From NCBI RefSeq assembly GCF_003367075.2, contig NZ_CP065936.1, positions 900,001 through 932,000 on the forward strand: a stretch of 32,000 bases of DNA, given 5' to 3'. Positions 1-8,798 of this stretch are shown piece by piece (position 1 is the first letter of the stretch; each line of letters begins with the position of its first letter). The notes under the pieces were generated by a model. The model was not told where the DNA came from, did no database searches, and worked only from the letters and a program-made list of their open reading frames with translations. This DNA is from Cylindrospermopsis raciborskii Cr2010 (GTDB taxonomy: Bacteria; Cyanobacteriota; Cyanobacteriia; Cyanobacteriales; Nostocaceae). The translations under genes and the position numbers were made by a program.

Positions 1-1829
1 CAGTTTGTTTAACCGAAATAACTGACTGGTTAGGGGGACAAATTTCCGCCCAGGGTACATCAGCGCTAGATGAAAGACCAACCCAACGGATCAAAAGATT
101 TTACTCTCGCGGATATTTAGAATTAAGAGACCGAATTGCAAAAAAATATGGGACAATTAACCCCGGTGACTGTTGGGTAAGCGACTCTTGTTTTCTCCCC
201 GGGGATGGTCATCGGATTCTTTACCAAATGTTGCAAGACGCACAAAACAAAGGAAGAGGAAAATTACACTTTTTTCCCAATACCGTGGTTAAAGATCTAG
301 AGATTTCTCAAAATGGTAAGATCATTAACAGTGCGATCGCAATTCAACATCAACCAGCGAAAAATGCACCACCTCTGAACACCTTCCCCCTATCTGAGAC
401 CATAGAGGATTCTTACAGTTATAAAAACTCATCCCGCTTGGATAAAACCATCATTCGTTTTGTTGCCAAAACATCACCAAAAACCAAACAATGGTATATT
501 ATAGATACTACTGAAACTGGGGAAATTATTGCTCTAGCAGATGTACCCTATCGTCTGGGAGTAGATCCCATTTCCTATCTGGAACCTTCATCTTCCAGTA
601 CCACAGGGGATCCCTATTGTACCCAAGGTTTTACCTATACCTTTGCCATGGAGGCCACAAAAGAGCCACAAAACCAAACCATGCCAGCATTTTATCCCCA
701 ATATGCTCCCTATTTTAGCTATGAACTACCCAGACTGGCCAACTTTGATTTAGTTTTCACCTATCGTCGTATTTGGAGTCCCCAAACAGGTCCATGGAGT
801 AGATTTGGGGGAATTAATTTTACCACTCCCACTCCTGGAGATATATCCATGCAGAACTGGACTTGGGGTAATGACTACCGTCCAGGAACAGCCCAGGATA
901 ATTTAATTTATACTCGCCAACAGTTACAATCCACAGGTCAATTGAATCCAGGTGGATGGATGGGAGGAATGAGAACGGAAACTCTCCGCAAAGGAGAAGA
1001 AAACGCCCTTGCCTATTATTACTGGCTAGTAGCGGGAAATACGGATAGTTTACTGGGTGAAAACATCAAACAACCCCAACCAAATCACATTTTATTAACT
1101 GGTTTGAACTCACCCATGGGAACTGAACATGGGTTATCAAAATATCCTTATATGAGGGAGGGAAGAAGAATTATTGGTCGTCCTAGTTGGGGACAACCCC
1201 AAGGGTTTAGTATTTGGGAAGTGGATATTTCTCGTCGCAATTATAATGATGAATATTACCGCAAAACCCTGTCACCAGCTATGTATCGTCAGTTGAAAGC
1301 AACCCTTGCAGGATTAGAAGCAACTTCTGTAATTACAGGTAAACTACCATCAGATAGGATAGTAAATCGTAGTCGCTCCACAATTTTTCCAGATGCAGTA
1401 GGTATCGGACATTATGCTATAGATTTTCATCCTTGTATGGATAAAAGTCCACCAGAAGCACCAAGTAATATAGAACGTCCTGGAGAAAGAAGGGGTGCTG
1501 GTTATGCTTATCCTTTTCAAATTGCACTGCGAGCAATGATCCCCCAAAAAATTGATAATTTAATAGTTGGGGGTAAAAGCATTGCTACTAGTCACATCGC
1601 TGCTGCTGCTTATCGAGTCCATTCTTTTGAATGGTCTTCCGGTGCTGCTGCTGGGACTGTAGCGAGTTTTGCACTGAGGAAAAATATATTTCCCTATGAG
1701 TTGGTTGATAATTTACCGAGATTCGAACCTAAGTTACAGATGCTCAGGAAAATTCTTGACCAGAACGGAAATCCAACTGCTTTTCCTGATACTTCCATTT
1801 TTAATCAAAGTTGGGAAGATTGGAGATAG
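1..1829 (+). CDS. FAD-dependent oxidoreductase family protein; the 5' end lies outside the window
   Basis: Frame 3 is open from position 3 to the stop at 1827-1829, with no stop upstream of the Met at 228 (VCLTEITDWLGGQISAQG... reads through). The gene is therefore 5'-truncated by the window edge. The C-terminal segment VGGKSIATSHIAAAAYRVHSFEWSSGAAAGTVASFAL resembles the FAD_oxidored (PF12831-like) family as I recall it. Confidence 0.6.
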   Translation, partial: VCLTEITDWLGGQISAQGTSALDERPTQRIKRFYSRGYLELRDRIAKKYGTINPGDCWVSDSCFLPGDGHRILYQMLQDAQNKGRGKLHFFPNTVVKDLEISQNGKIINSAIAIQHQPAKNAPPLNTFPLSETIEDSYSYKNSSRLDKTIIRFVAKTSPKTKQWYIIDTTETGEIIALADVPYRLGVDPISYLEPSSSSTTGDPYCTQGFTYTFAMEATKEPQNQTMPAFYPQYAPYFSYELPRLANFDLVFTYRRIWSPQTGPWSRFGGINFTTPTPGDISMQNWTWGNDYRPGTAQDNLIYTRQQLQSTGQLNPGGWMGGMRTETLRKGEENALAYYYWLVAGNTDSLLGENIKQPQPNHILLTGLNSPMGTEHGLSKYPYMREGRRIIGRPSWGQPQGFSIWEVDISRRNYNDEYYRKTLSPAMYRQLKATLAGLEATSVITGKLPSDRIVNRSRSTIFPDAVGIGHYAIDFHPCMDKSPPEAPSNIERPGERRGAGYAYPFQIALRAMIPQKIDNLIVGGKSIATSHIAAAAYRVHSFEWSSGAAAGTVASFALRKNIFPYELVDNLPRFEPKLQMLRKILDQNGNPTAFPDTSIFNQSWEDWR

Positions 1830-1845
1830 GAGGGATTTTCCGGGT

Positions 1846-4269
1846 TTAATCACCATGAATTAATTGTTGAAATCTGGGGTCATGGTTGATGTCATCAAAG
1901 TCTATATCACCTGCAGCGTCTTCCCTATAACTAGGTTTGTTTTTTATAGCTTGTTGCAAATTGATCAAGGCTAATTCTACATTCTTTTGTAGTGCATAAC
2001 AAGCTGCTTTGTTATATAAGGCGCTACCGTAGTCTGGGTTGATTTCTAGGGCTTTATTAAAGTTAGTAATTGCTTCCTCGTCTTTTCCTAATCTGACTAA
2101 TGTATAACCTCTTTTATCCCAAATTTTAAAGGAACTGGGTTGGATTTCTAGTGCTTTATCAAAGGAAAATATGGCCTCTTCGTAATTTTCTAATTCCACC
2201 AGGGATAAACCACGATTCAACCAAGCAACACTCTCTTCCGGTTTGATTTCTGTGGCTTTATTAAAACAATTGAAAGCTTCTTGATGTTTACCTAGTTTAC
2301 CACAGGTAATACCAATGTCAAACCATGCTTGGTAGTGTGCTGGGTTAATTCTAATTACCTGATTGTATGCTCCAATTGCTTCTTTATGTCTTTTGAGTTT
2401 ATTGAGGATAAAACCACGTTTTAACCAATGTTCTCCCTGGTTGGGTTGAATATTGGTGATTTTTTCATAAATTGACAAAGCATCTTCATAACGGTTTTGT
2501 GAAAGCAGCTCTTCTGCTTCTTGAATCCGATGATCAAAATTATCAGGATTATCAACATTGATATTAATATCAGTAATATTATTAACATCAATAGTATTGG
2601 TGTCAGTCCCCGGTGGTGATAGCTGTTGTTCCTTTACGGGAGTTTGGGGAGTCATTTGTGATAATTCTTTTAAGGTTTCATACTGGCGATTTTCCGCATC
2701 TAGTTGCAATTTTTCTAGTTTATCAACAAATTGAGCCTCTAACTTTTCTAGTTTTGCTAGTCGTGCTATCAAGGTTGTTTTTTGATGATCAAGATCATTT
2801 TTCATGTGTGATTTCATAACTGATAGTTCAGAGGTAAACTCTGATATGAACTGGTCAACGGAATGTTGGGAGGTTTGAAAGAATTTGCGCTGACGTTGTT
2901 CAGTAGAGTTGTGTAAATCCCCAATTTGCTTCTGGAACTCTAAGCCCAAAGCTTTTAGATTTTCTAATATATTAGTTTTTTGTTCCTCTACATCATTGTG
3001 AAGGTTAAAAAGCATCTGTTCAACCTCATCAACAGATTTTTGCCAATTATCAATTATTTCTCCTTGGCGACTTTCAGTGGTGTTCTTTAGCTGTAGCAAG
3101 TAGTGAGAAAATTCGGACTGTGATTTTGCCAAATCGTTGCAAATATCGTCTTTTTGTTTTTGAGCATCAGTTTGTAAATCCGATAATTGTAATTTACTGG
3201 CTTGATTTATATCTGATAAACTAGATGTAAAGACATCCATCTTCTGCTGAGCATTGGTTTGTAACTGGGACAAATTACCAATAAAGCTATTTATTTGTTC
3301 TTGAGCATTGGTTTGTAACTGGGACAAATTACCAGTAAAGCTATTTATTTGTTCTTGAGCATTGGTTTGTAACTGGGACAAATTACCAGTAAAGCTATTT
3401 ATTTGTTCTTGAGCATTGGTTTGTAACTGGGACAAATTACCAGTAAATTCCGACGCATTTTTGGTGATAGCTTCCACAACCTGGGTTTTGTTTTCTAGAG
3501 TTTCCAGTGCCAAAATCTCAAACTGCTCAACTAACTGAGAACGACAATTACTAATATCACTAGCAGCAGTATCTCGATGATTTTCTATAGATAATTTTAT
3601 TTCCGAAAACTGGGCAAATAGCTCCGATTCTAGTTTTTTAATATTTTCAATAGTTACCCTTTGCTGTTGCGCAGCAAGAGTCACTTGCTCCAATTGAGTA
3701 TTCAGCTTAAATTCTAAGCTACTAATATTCTCCTGCGCAGCTGTTACTTCCCTTTCCAACGCAGTTAAAAATTCCTGCTTCGACTTGGGCAAATCAGATA
3801 AAAGTACGGATAATTTCCCTCCCTCACCCTCAATAGTCGTTTTCAGGTGATTCACCTTTTGTTCCAACTCTAAGGCTAAATCTTGTGAATACTCAATCAA
3901 ACCAGTTGTCTTTTGATTAGCAGCAATTAGCTCCGTCTGCAAGTTTTCTATACTCCCAATTTGTCTCATTGCTCGTCCAACAATATCCCTAATTATGGCC
4001 TTTCTTAAAACCCATAGAGTGGCTATTAAACCCACCGCAAACAAACTGAGCAATGTCAACCAAATACTCAAATACGACTGTAGTTGCTTCTGAATCTTAG
4101 TTTCTGTCCTAAGTCTACTTAGTTCTTCCCTTTCCGCACTTGACAGTACCTGAGCATTTGCAGACAATTCAAACCCTCCAATAGTCAAACTGTTATATAT
4201 CAATAAAGATGACAATAGAACTAGGCTTTTTAATGTTAGTCCGGAAAAAGTGGAGTTTTTGCTGTTCAT
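1846..4269 (-). CDS. Membrane-anchored coiled-coil protein with C-terminal TPR repeats
   Basis: A long ORF. The track start at 4311 is a TTG. The ATG at 4269 (MNSKNSTF...) has AGGGA 5 nt upstream, so I prefer it. The N-terminus has a hydrophobic signal-like segment plus a TM helix (LSIWLTLLSLFAVGLIATLWVL). About 500 aa of Q/E/L-rich heptad-like sequence follow. About 7 TPR units sit at the C-terminus (AIGAYNQVIRINPAHYQAW, AFNCFNKATEIKPEESVAW, AIFSFDKALEIQPSSFKIW, AITNFNKALEINPDYGSALY). Confidence 0.8.
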   Translation of the reverse strand: MNSKNSTFSGLTLKSLVLLSSLLIYNSLTIGGFELSANAQVLSSAEREELSRLRTETKIQKQLQSYLSIWLTLLSLFAVGLIATLWVLRKAIIRDIVGRAMRQIGSIENLQTELIAANQKTTGLIEYSQDLALELEQKVNHLKTTIEGEGGKLSVLLSDLPKSKQEFLTALEREVTAAQENISSLEFKLNTQLEQVTLAAQQQRVTIENIKKLESELFAQFSEIKLSIENHRDTAASDISNCRSQLVEQFEILALETLENKTQVVEAITKNASEFTGNLSQLQTNAQEQINSFTGNLSQLQTNAQEQINSFTGNLSQLQTNAQEQINSFIGNLSQLQTNAQQKMDVFTSSLSDINQASKLQLSDLQTDAQKQKDDICNDLAKSQSEFSHYLLQLKNTTESRQGEIIDNWQKSVDEVEQMLFNLHNDVEEQKTNILENLKALGLEFQKQIGDLHNSTEQRQRKFFQTSQHSVDQFISEFTSELSVMKSHMKNDLDHQKTTLIARLAKLEKLEAQFVDKLEKLQLDAENRQYETLKELSQMTPQTPVKEQQLSPPGTDTNTIDVNNITDININVDNPDNFDHRIQEAEELLSQNRYEDALSIYEKITNIQPNQGEHWLKRGFILNKLKRHKEAIGAYNQVIRINPAHYQAWFDIGITCGKLGKHQEAFNCFNKATEIKPEESVAWLNRGLSLVELENYEEAIFSFDKALEIQPSSFKIWDKRGYTLVRLGKDEEAITNFNKALEINPDYGSALYNKAACYALQKNVELALINLQQAIKNKPSYREDAAGDIDFDDINHDPRFQQLIHGD
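3249..3447 (-). repeat. 54-bp in-frame tandem repeat, about 3.7 copies, inside the coiled-coil/TPR gene
   Basis: The unit GAGCATTGGTTTGTAACTGGGACAAATTACCAGTAAAGCTATTTATTTGTTCTT occurs at 3249-3302, 3303-3356 and 3357-3410, with a partial copy at 3411-3447. Copies 2 and 3 are identical. Copy 1 differs at one base (A for G, giving I instead of T). The repeat encodes FTGNLSQLQTNAQEQINS. Confidence 0.95.
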
Positions 4270-4392
4270 GATTTCCCTATCTATAATTATTCCTCTCCAG
4301 TGGACGGCCAAAATCCTCAGCTCAACCTGTTTCCCAACATTGAATTACACTGGAGAGTTGAAGTGTTTTTTTCAACCGTAGGTTTTTGATTT

Positions 4393-4716
4393 ATGAAAAC
4401 AAGACCATCTCCCGTTTATGCAATGGCCTCAGCTCCCACTGTCACCCCTGACCAGGGAACTCAAGTAGTTCGCAAACCCTATCCCAATTATAAGGTCATT
4501 GTGTTAAATGATGATTTTAATACATTTGAGCATGTGGCTAAATCTTTAATGAAGTATATTCCGGGAATGACCACTGAACAAGCTTGGGAGCTAACTAACC
4601 AGGTACACTATGAGGGACAAGCTATTGTTTGGGTAGGACCTCAAGAACAAGCGGAATTATACCACCAACAGCTGCGTCGCGCTGGATTGACTATGGCCCC
4701 CCTGGAAGCAGCTTAG
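4393..4716 (+). CDS. clpS: ATP-dependent Clp protease adaptor ClpS
   Basis: A 107-aa ORF with the ClpS core YKVIVLNDDFNTFEHVAKSLMKYIPGMTTEQAWELTNQVHYEGQAIVWVGPQEQAELY. An alternative in-frame ATG lies at 4423. Confidence 0.85.
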   Translation: MKTRPSPVYAMASAPTVTPDQGTQVVRKPYPNYKVIVLNDDFNTFEHVAKSLMKYIPGMTTEQAWELTNQVHYEGQAIVWVGPQEQAELYHQQLRRAGLTMAPLEAA

Positions 4717-4721
4717 CTAAT

Positions 4722-5018
4722 ATGAGTAAACTAACAGATGGTAGACTTGTTTGGAATCATTCTACCCATATTCCCGGACTTATTCCTATTTTAGAACGTT
4801 TATGTCAACAACATGGCATTACTACTGTAACGCCAGCAGTAATTGGCAGAGTTAAAGGACACGCTCCTAAAATGCAGTTGCGTGTCTCCGTACCAATTCG
4901 CGGTGGTTATAAGGTAATTGCACGCCAGGGTAAAACCGTACAGGAAGTGTTTGTGGTTACTAGTTTACCACAGGAAGAATTGGAAAATGCGATCGCGATC
5001 GCTATGAAAACTGCATGA
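4722..5018 (+). CDS. Conserved small hypothetical protein (possibly DUF2103-like), probably co-transcribed with clpS
   Basis: The track ORF 4629-5018 overlaps clpS by 88 nt. The in-frame ATG at 4722 (MSKLTDGRLVWNHSTHIPGL...) lies 6 nt after the clpS stop and removes the overlap. The family name is from memory only. Confidence 0.6.
   Translation: MSKLTDGRLVWNHSTHIPGLIPILERLCQQHGITTVTPAVIGRVKGHAPKMQLRVSVPIRGGYKVIARQGKTVQEVFVVTSLPQEELENAIAIAMKTA
4989..5002. repeat. Two overlapping HIP1 octamers (GCGATCGCGATCGC)
   Basis: Read directly from the sequence. Other single HIP1 sites are at 333-340, 8523-8530, 10670-10677, 18112-18119, 22196-22203, 26754-26761, 27603-27610, 28122-28129 and 31344-31351. 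Confidence 0.9.
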
Positions 5019-5032
5019 GCATTAAGCATCAC

Positions 5033-5060
5033 GAGAGGAGTTCCCAGCACTCCTCTTTTG
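5033..5060 (+). terminator. Candidate Rho-independent terminator after the clpS-4722 gene pair
   Basis: An 8-bp stem AGAGGAGT / ACTCCTCT with a 7-nt loop, followed by TTTT. It starts 15 nt after the stop at 5018. Confidence 0.5.
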
Positions 5061-5076
5061 ATCCTTATGATAGCTT

Positions 5077-5403
5077 TCAATCAATTTCAACTTTATGGAC
5101 GGCGAACTTATATAGTGGTAGACTCAGGATGCAAGAGAAAGTTAAAAAATATGCCAAGGCCGTAGTAATTCTTAGAGTCATTGTTAAACCTTCCCATTCT
5201 GAGCTTATGAGAATTTTTTCACAGGTGAAGGCAATACAATAAACTAACCAGTAGGTAAAGCTCATTCTTAAGAGAACTGCTTCGGTTTCCTCAGTTTCAT
5301 CTGTTTGCTGTTGACTGTTCCTAAGCAACCATAACCCCATAATACAAGCTATAAAGGAAAGGGCAATGACAAATTGGTGGCAAAAGACATTTGCTAGACA
5401 CAT
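5077..5403 (-). CDS. Hypothetical small membrane protein (weak call)
   Basis: A 108-aa ORF with three hydrophobic stretches (FVIALSFIACIMGLWLL, FTYWLVYCIAFTC, ALAYFLTFSCILSL). I recognise no family and see no clear RBS. Confidence 0.25.
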   Translation of the reverse strand: MCLANVFCHQFVIALSFIACIMGLWLLRNSQQQTDETEETEAVLLRMSFTYWLVYCIAFTCEKILISSEWEGLTMTLRITTALAYFLTFSCILSLPLYKFAVHKVEID

Positions 5404-5505
5404 TTACCTTTGTTCCTATTTCAATCATATTCATACCCGCATTAGTCTAAGGTCATATTCCTGGGGATGACACAAAATAGTAACAAACTGAAATATTCTC
5501 CACTA

Positions 5506-5940
5506 TCATTCAAGCGGGTATTCCCGGTCCAAGATTTGCTCAGGTATATAAGGACACTTTTCCGGTAGGTCTAGGTAGTCTAGTGGAGTCTCCCTCACGA
5601 CTAAATCCTTGCCAGATTCATACCCATCAGCAATTAACTCCAATAAGTAAGGTTTAAGACTAGGGTTTTGACTGAGCAGTTTTTGTACCATGCGTCTTTG
5701 TTCGCGAATAGTTGCCCTCCAACTTTTACTGCGTTTTTCAGCTTGGTATTCCCACTTGAGCAAATGACCGATTAAAATGGCTAGGCGATTTTCTAACTCC
5801 CGACGTTCTTGCTTCCCCAATGACTCAATTTCCTCTACTAGGTTAGTAATATCCAATTGTCGAAAATCGCCTTGTTTAAGTAACCTGGACTGTTTTAGGG
5901 TCCACCCGTAAAAGTCGGTTTCATAGAGATTGAATCCCAT
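5506..5940 (-). CDS. DUF29 domain-containing protein
   Basis: The sequence MGFNLYETDFYGWTLKQSRLLKQGDFRQLDITNLVEEIESLGKQERRELENRLAILIGHLLKWEYQ is a typical cyanobacterial DUF29 sequence. The ATG at 5940 has GGAGG 6 nt upstream. The track start at 5952 is a GTG. Confidence 0.8.
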   Translation of the reverse strand: MGFNLYETDFYGWTLKQSRLLKQGDFRQLDITNLVEEIESLGKQERRELENRLAILIGHLLKWEYQAEKRSKSWRATIREQRRMVQKLLSQNPSLKPYLLELIADGYESGKDLVVRETPLDYLDLPEKCPYIPEQILDREYPLE

Positions 5941-5994
5941 CCTACCCTCCACAGATCTTTAGGATCTAATTATCCATCCTATCCTATTGTTAAA

Positions 5995-6480
5995 TCAACA
6001 TTCTTGTTGACACAAGCCAATACTTACCCAAGAACTAGAACCATCTTGCCAATATTCTTTTTTCCAAATTGGTGCCTGATGTTTAAGGGTATCTATCGCG
6101 TACTGACAAGCAGAAAAGGCTTCACCTCGGTGGGGAGATCCTACCGCTACTAGGACGCTAATTTCTCCCACTCTCAATTTGCCAATGCGATGATGAATCA
6201 CTACCCTATTCACATTAGACCATTGATGACGAATATGGGTAGCAATTTGGTAAAACACCTGCAAAGCCATAGGTTCGTAGGCTTGATACTCTAATGCTAC
6301 TACGGGCTTACCATCGGTTTGATTACGAACAACACCACTCATCAATACAACCGCACCATTGCTCAGGTCTTGAGCAGCAGTATATATTTCTTCTGGTAAT
6401 AGGGGAGCTAGGGTAATGGCAAAACTGTCTTCCGCTCTGGGTTTAGTCGGTAAATTAACTAAGATTTTCGGGGGGTTCAT
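5995..6480 (-). CDS. moaE: Molybdopterin synthase catalytic subunit MoaE
   Basis: A 161-aa ORF with MoaE-like blocks GAVVLMSGVVRN, LEYQAYEPMA, HRIGKLRVGEISVLVAVGSPHRGEAF and LKHQAPIWKKE. Confidence 0.85.
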   Translation of the reverse strand: MNPPKILVNLPTKPRAEDSFAITLAPLLPEEIYTAAQDLSNGAVVLMSGVVRNQTDGKPVVALEYQAYEPMALQVFYQIATHIRHQWSNVNRVVIHHRIGKLRVGEISVLVAVGSPHRGEAFSACQYAIDTLKHQAPIWKKEYWQDGSSSWVSIGLCQQEC

Positions 6481-6694
6481 GTTTTTTAAATGTCTTTTAA
6501 ACTGCTATACCTAGGGAATTCTAACCTCTTTTCTTCCGATCATTGAAAAAATTGTCCAAATATGGTAGGGTGCGTTACGATTTTATTGCGTTTCAGGATC
6601 TTGGCTGAGGTATTGTTATTAACTCCGATTTTTCTTCCTCAAGGGGGATTAATAATACACTTAAAAATACTACTAATTATATAAGTATTATACA

Positions 6695-6820
6695 AGTGTA
6701 AGTGGGTCGGTGAAATTAAATATAAGATTAACGTAGGTTGGGTTGAAGTATGAAACCCAACACCACGGGTCTCGTGACTCGACCCATCCTACAAATAATT
6801 GCGCCTCCCTACTTAGTTAG
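6695..6820 (+). repeat. Dispersed intergenic repeat, copy A (hairpin-containing, small MITE/SDR-like)
   Basis: AGTGTAAGTGGGT..AATTAAATATAAGAT.AACGTAGGTT.GGTTGAAGTATGAAACCCAACACC..GGGTCTCGT...CCTCCCTACTTA aligns with 30361-30463, at about 90 percent identity over the first ~75 nt. It contains a perfect 8-bp hairpin GTTGGGTT/AACCCAAC. Relative to copy B, copy A carries an extra ~30 nt (6776-6805). Confidence 0.8.
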
Positions 6821-6887
6821 TAAAAAGATATGAACAGTTGGGAGTGGATTTTTTGTGATTGCTGGAGATGATAAAAATCGAATAATC

Positions 6888-8798
6888 ATGAATGATGAAA
6901 TCATAAAAGTTTTGTTAATTAATGATGCTGAGGATGATTATATTTTAACTCGCAGCTGGTTTAGACAATTCCAGCTGATTACCTGCGACTTAGAATGGGT
7001 GAATAGTTATCAATTGGCGAAGGAATCCATAGCCCAATACCAACATGATATTTATCTAGTGGACTATTATTTAGAGAGTAATAATGGCTTAAAACTATTG
7101 CGGGAGGCTACAGAAAATGGTTGGAACTTTCCATTTATTCTGTTAGCACGTAAAGAGGATATAAAATCAGATATGGAGGTGATAAAAATTGGAGCGGTCG
7201 ATTATCTGGAAAAAAGTCAATTAACAGCCCCCTTGTTAGAAAAATCCATCCGTTATGCGATTGAAAAAAAACAAAGAGATGAGAAAATTCACCAACAAGA
7301 GATCTTGCTGGATGGGTCTAATGATGCGATTTTTGTAACTGATTTAGATCATCAGCACATTTTATTTTGGAATAAAGCAGCAGAACGTATATATGGTTGG
7401 TCTGCGGAAATAGCAATGACAAAACAAATTCATCACTTATTTTCAGCAGAAAAGTTACCTCAACTTTCCCGGGTGCTTAAAGTGCTAACCAGCTATGGCA
7501 ATTGGGAAGGGGAACTGACACAAATTAATAAGTCCGAGCAAGAAGTAATTGTTGCGAGTCGCTGGACATTAGTAATGACCTTCAACCGTAAACATCAATC
7601 TATTTTAGTGGTTAATACTGATATTACCCAAAAAAAGCAATTGGAGCAGAAATTCCTACGGGTTCAAAGACTAGAAAGTATCGGTACTTTGGCTAGTGGT
7701 GTGGTCCACGATCTAAATAATGTTCTCACCCCAATTTTGATGACAGCACAAATCTTAGAAACTCAAGTGAAAGATGAAAAACCTCGTCAACTGATTCCTA
7801 TATTAATTGCTAGTGCTAAACGCGGCGCAAATTTGGTTAAACAAGTGTTATCCTTTGCCAGAGGTATGGAAGGGGAGCGGACTATTTTACAAATAAAACA
7901 CTTACTCATAGAAGTTCAGAATATTATTAAAGAAACATTCCCTAAAACTATTATTTTAACCACTGAAATTCCTCAAAGTCTATGGACTGTCTGTGGTGAT
8001 GCTACTCAATTACATCAGGTTTTAATGAATTTATGTATCAATGCCCGGGATGCTATGCCCAATGGTGGTACTTTAAGTATTAAGTCTGAAAATATATTGA
8101 TTGATGAACATTATACCCAAACACATACTGATTTTAAACCAGGTGCTTATGTGTTGATTAGTATCAGAGATACGGGCATGGGTATTAAACCAACCCTCAT
8201 TGATCGGATATTTGAACCTTTCTTCACCACTAAGGATGTTGGTCAGGGTACGGGTTTAGGACTTTCTACGGTTTTGGGGATTGTTAAAGCTCATGGTGGT
8301 TTTATTAATGTTTACAGTCGAGAAAACAAGGGTAGTGAGTTTCAAGTTTATTTACCAGCTCAAGATACAAGTGAAATTATGGAGACCACAGAAATATCCC
8401 CTCCTCGTGGTCACGGAGAAACCATTTTGGTGGTTGATGATGAACCAGCTATTTGTGAAATAACAAAAGCATCACTAGAGAATTATAACTATCGGGTAAT
8501 GACCGCCCATGACGGTATTGAAGCGATCGCCTTATATGTGGAACATCGAGATCAGATATCTCTGATTCTAACTGATATAGTTATGCCATCCATGGATGGA
8601 TTGACCAGTATTCGAACTCTCAAGAAAATTAATCCCCATTTAAAAATTATTGCTTTTAGTGGGTTAGCACCTAGTGATAAAATTAATGCAGCTTATAGTA
8701 TAGGCGTAACAGCATTTTTATGTAAACCTTTTACTGCTACTCAGTTATTGCAAACCATTAGTGCGGTAAATGGAGTAAATAATTTTGCCATCAATTAA
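6888..8798 (+). CDS. Hybrid sensor histidine kinase / response regulator (REC-PAS-HisKA-HATPase-REC)
   Basis: N-terminal receiver ([12 protein letters not shown]...DIYLVDYYL...DYLEK). PAS-like segment ([13 protein letters not shown]...ERIYGW). H-box [16 protein letters not shown]1 and G2 boxes ([25 protein letters not shown]). C-terminal receiver (ILVVDDEP...[11 protein letters not shown]...FLCKPF). The start is ambiguous: GTG at 6855 or ATG at 6888. Confidence 0.85.
   Translation: MNDEIIKVLLINDAEDDYILTRSWFRQFQLITCDLEWVNSYQLAKESIAQYQHDIYLVDYYLESNNGLKLLREATENGWNFPFILLARKEDIKSDMEVIKIGAVDYLEKSQLTAPLLEKSIRYAIEKKQRDEKIHQQEILLDGSNDAIFVTDLDHQHILFWNKAAERIYGWSAEIAMTKQIHHLFSAEKLPQLSRVLKVLTSYGNWEGELTQINKSEQEVIVASRWTLVMTFNRKHQSILVVNTDITQKKQLEQKFLRVQRLESIGTLASGVVHDLNNVLTPILMTAQILETQVKDEKPRQLIPILIASAKRGANLVKQVLSFARGMEGERTILQIKHLLIEVQNIIKETFPKTIILTTEIPQSLWTVCGDATQLHQVLMNLCINARDAMPNGGTLSIKSENILIDEHYTQTHTDFKPGAYVLISIRDTGMGIKPTLIDRIFEPFFTTKDVGQGTGLGLSTVLGIVKAHGGFINVYSRENKGSEFQVYLPAQDTSEIMETTEISPPRGHGETILVVDDEPAICEITKASLENYNYRVMTAHDGIEAIALYVEHRDQISLILTDIVMPSMDGLTSIRTLKKINPHLKIIAFSGLAPSDKINAAYSIGVTAFLCKPFTATQLLQTISAVNGVNNFAIN

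Noticed and set aside
1350-1547. Short ORFs lying inside longer, well-supported CDSs, antisense or in another frame. Examples from the track: 1350-1547, 2613-2819, 8281-8463, 9967-10218, 10449-10754, 16388-16576, 16787-17008, 18815-19006, 19308-19496, 19493-19675, 19844-20035, 20217-20411, 20397-20594, 21972-22217, 24958-25182, 25363-25773, 25557-25760, 25687-25875, 26209-26418, 26651-26833, 27926-28141, 27966-28151, 29363-29764, 29691-29999, 30647-31012, 31055-31384.
   Set aside because: Each is fully embedded in a gene with clear family motifs on the other strand or frame. Their translations are low-complexity or Cys/Trp-rich, as is typical of non-coding frames. None has a recognisable domain.
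2559-2572. A perfect 14-bp palindrome TGATATTAATATCA resembling a Fur/Zur box.
   Set aside because: It lies deep inside the TPR/coiled-coil coding region, in an AT-rich stretch encoding an Asn/Asp/Ile-rich linker (NITDININVDN). It has 7-0-7 rather than 7-1-7 spacing, and no promoter is nearby.
5015-5242. A 75-aa plus-strand ORF after the 4722-5018 gene.
   Set aside because: It overlaps the upstream stop and reads straight through the terminator hairpin at 5033-5060. I see no RBS or motifs.
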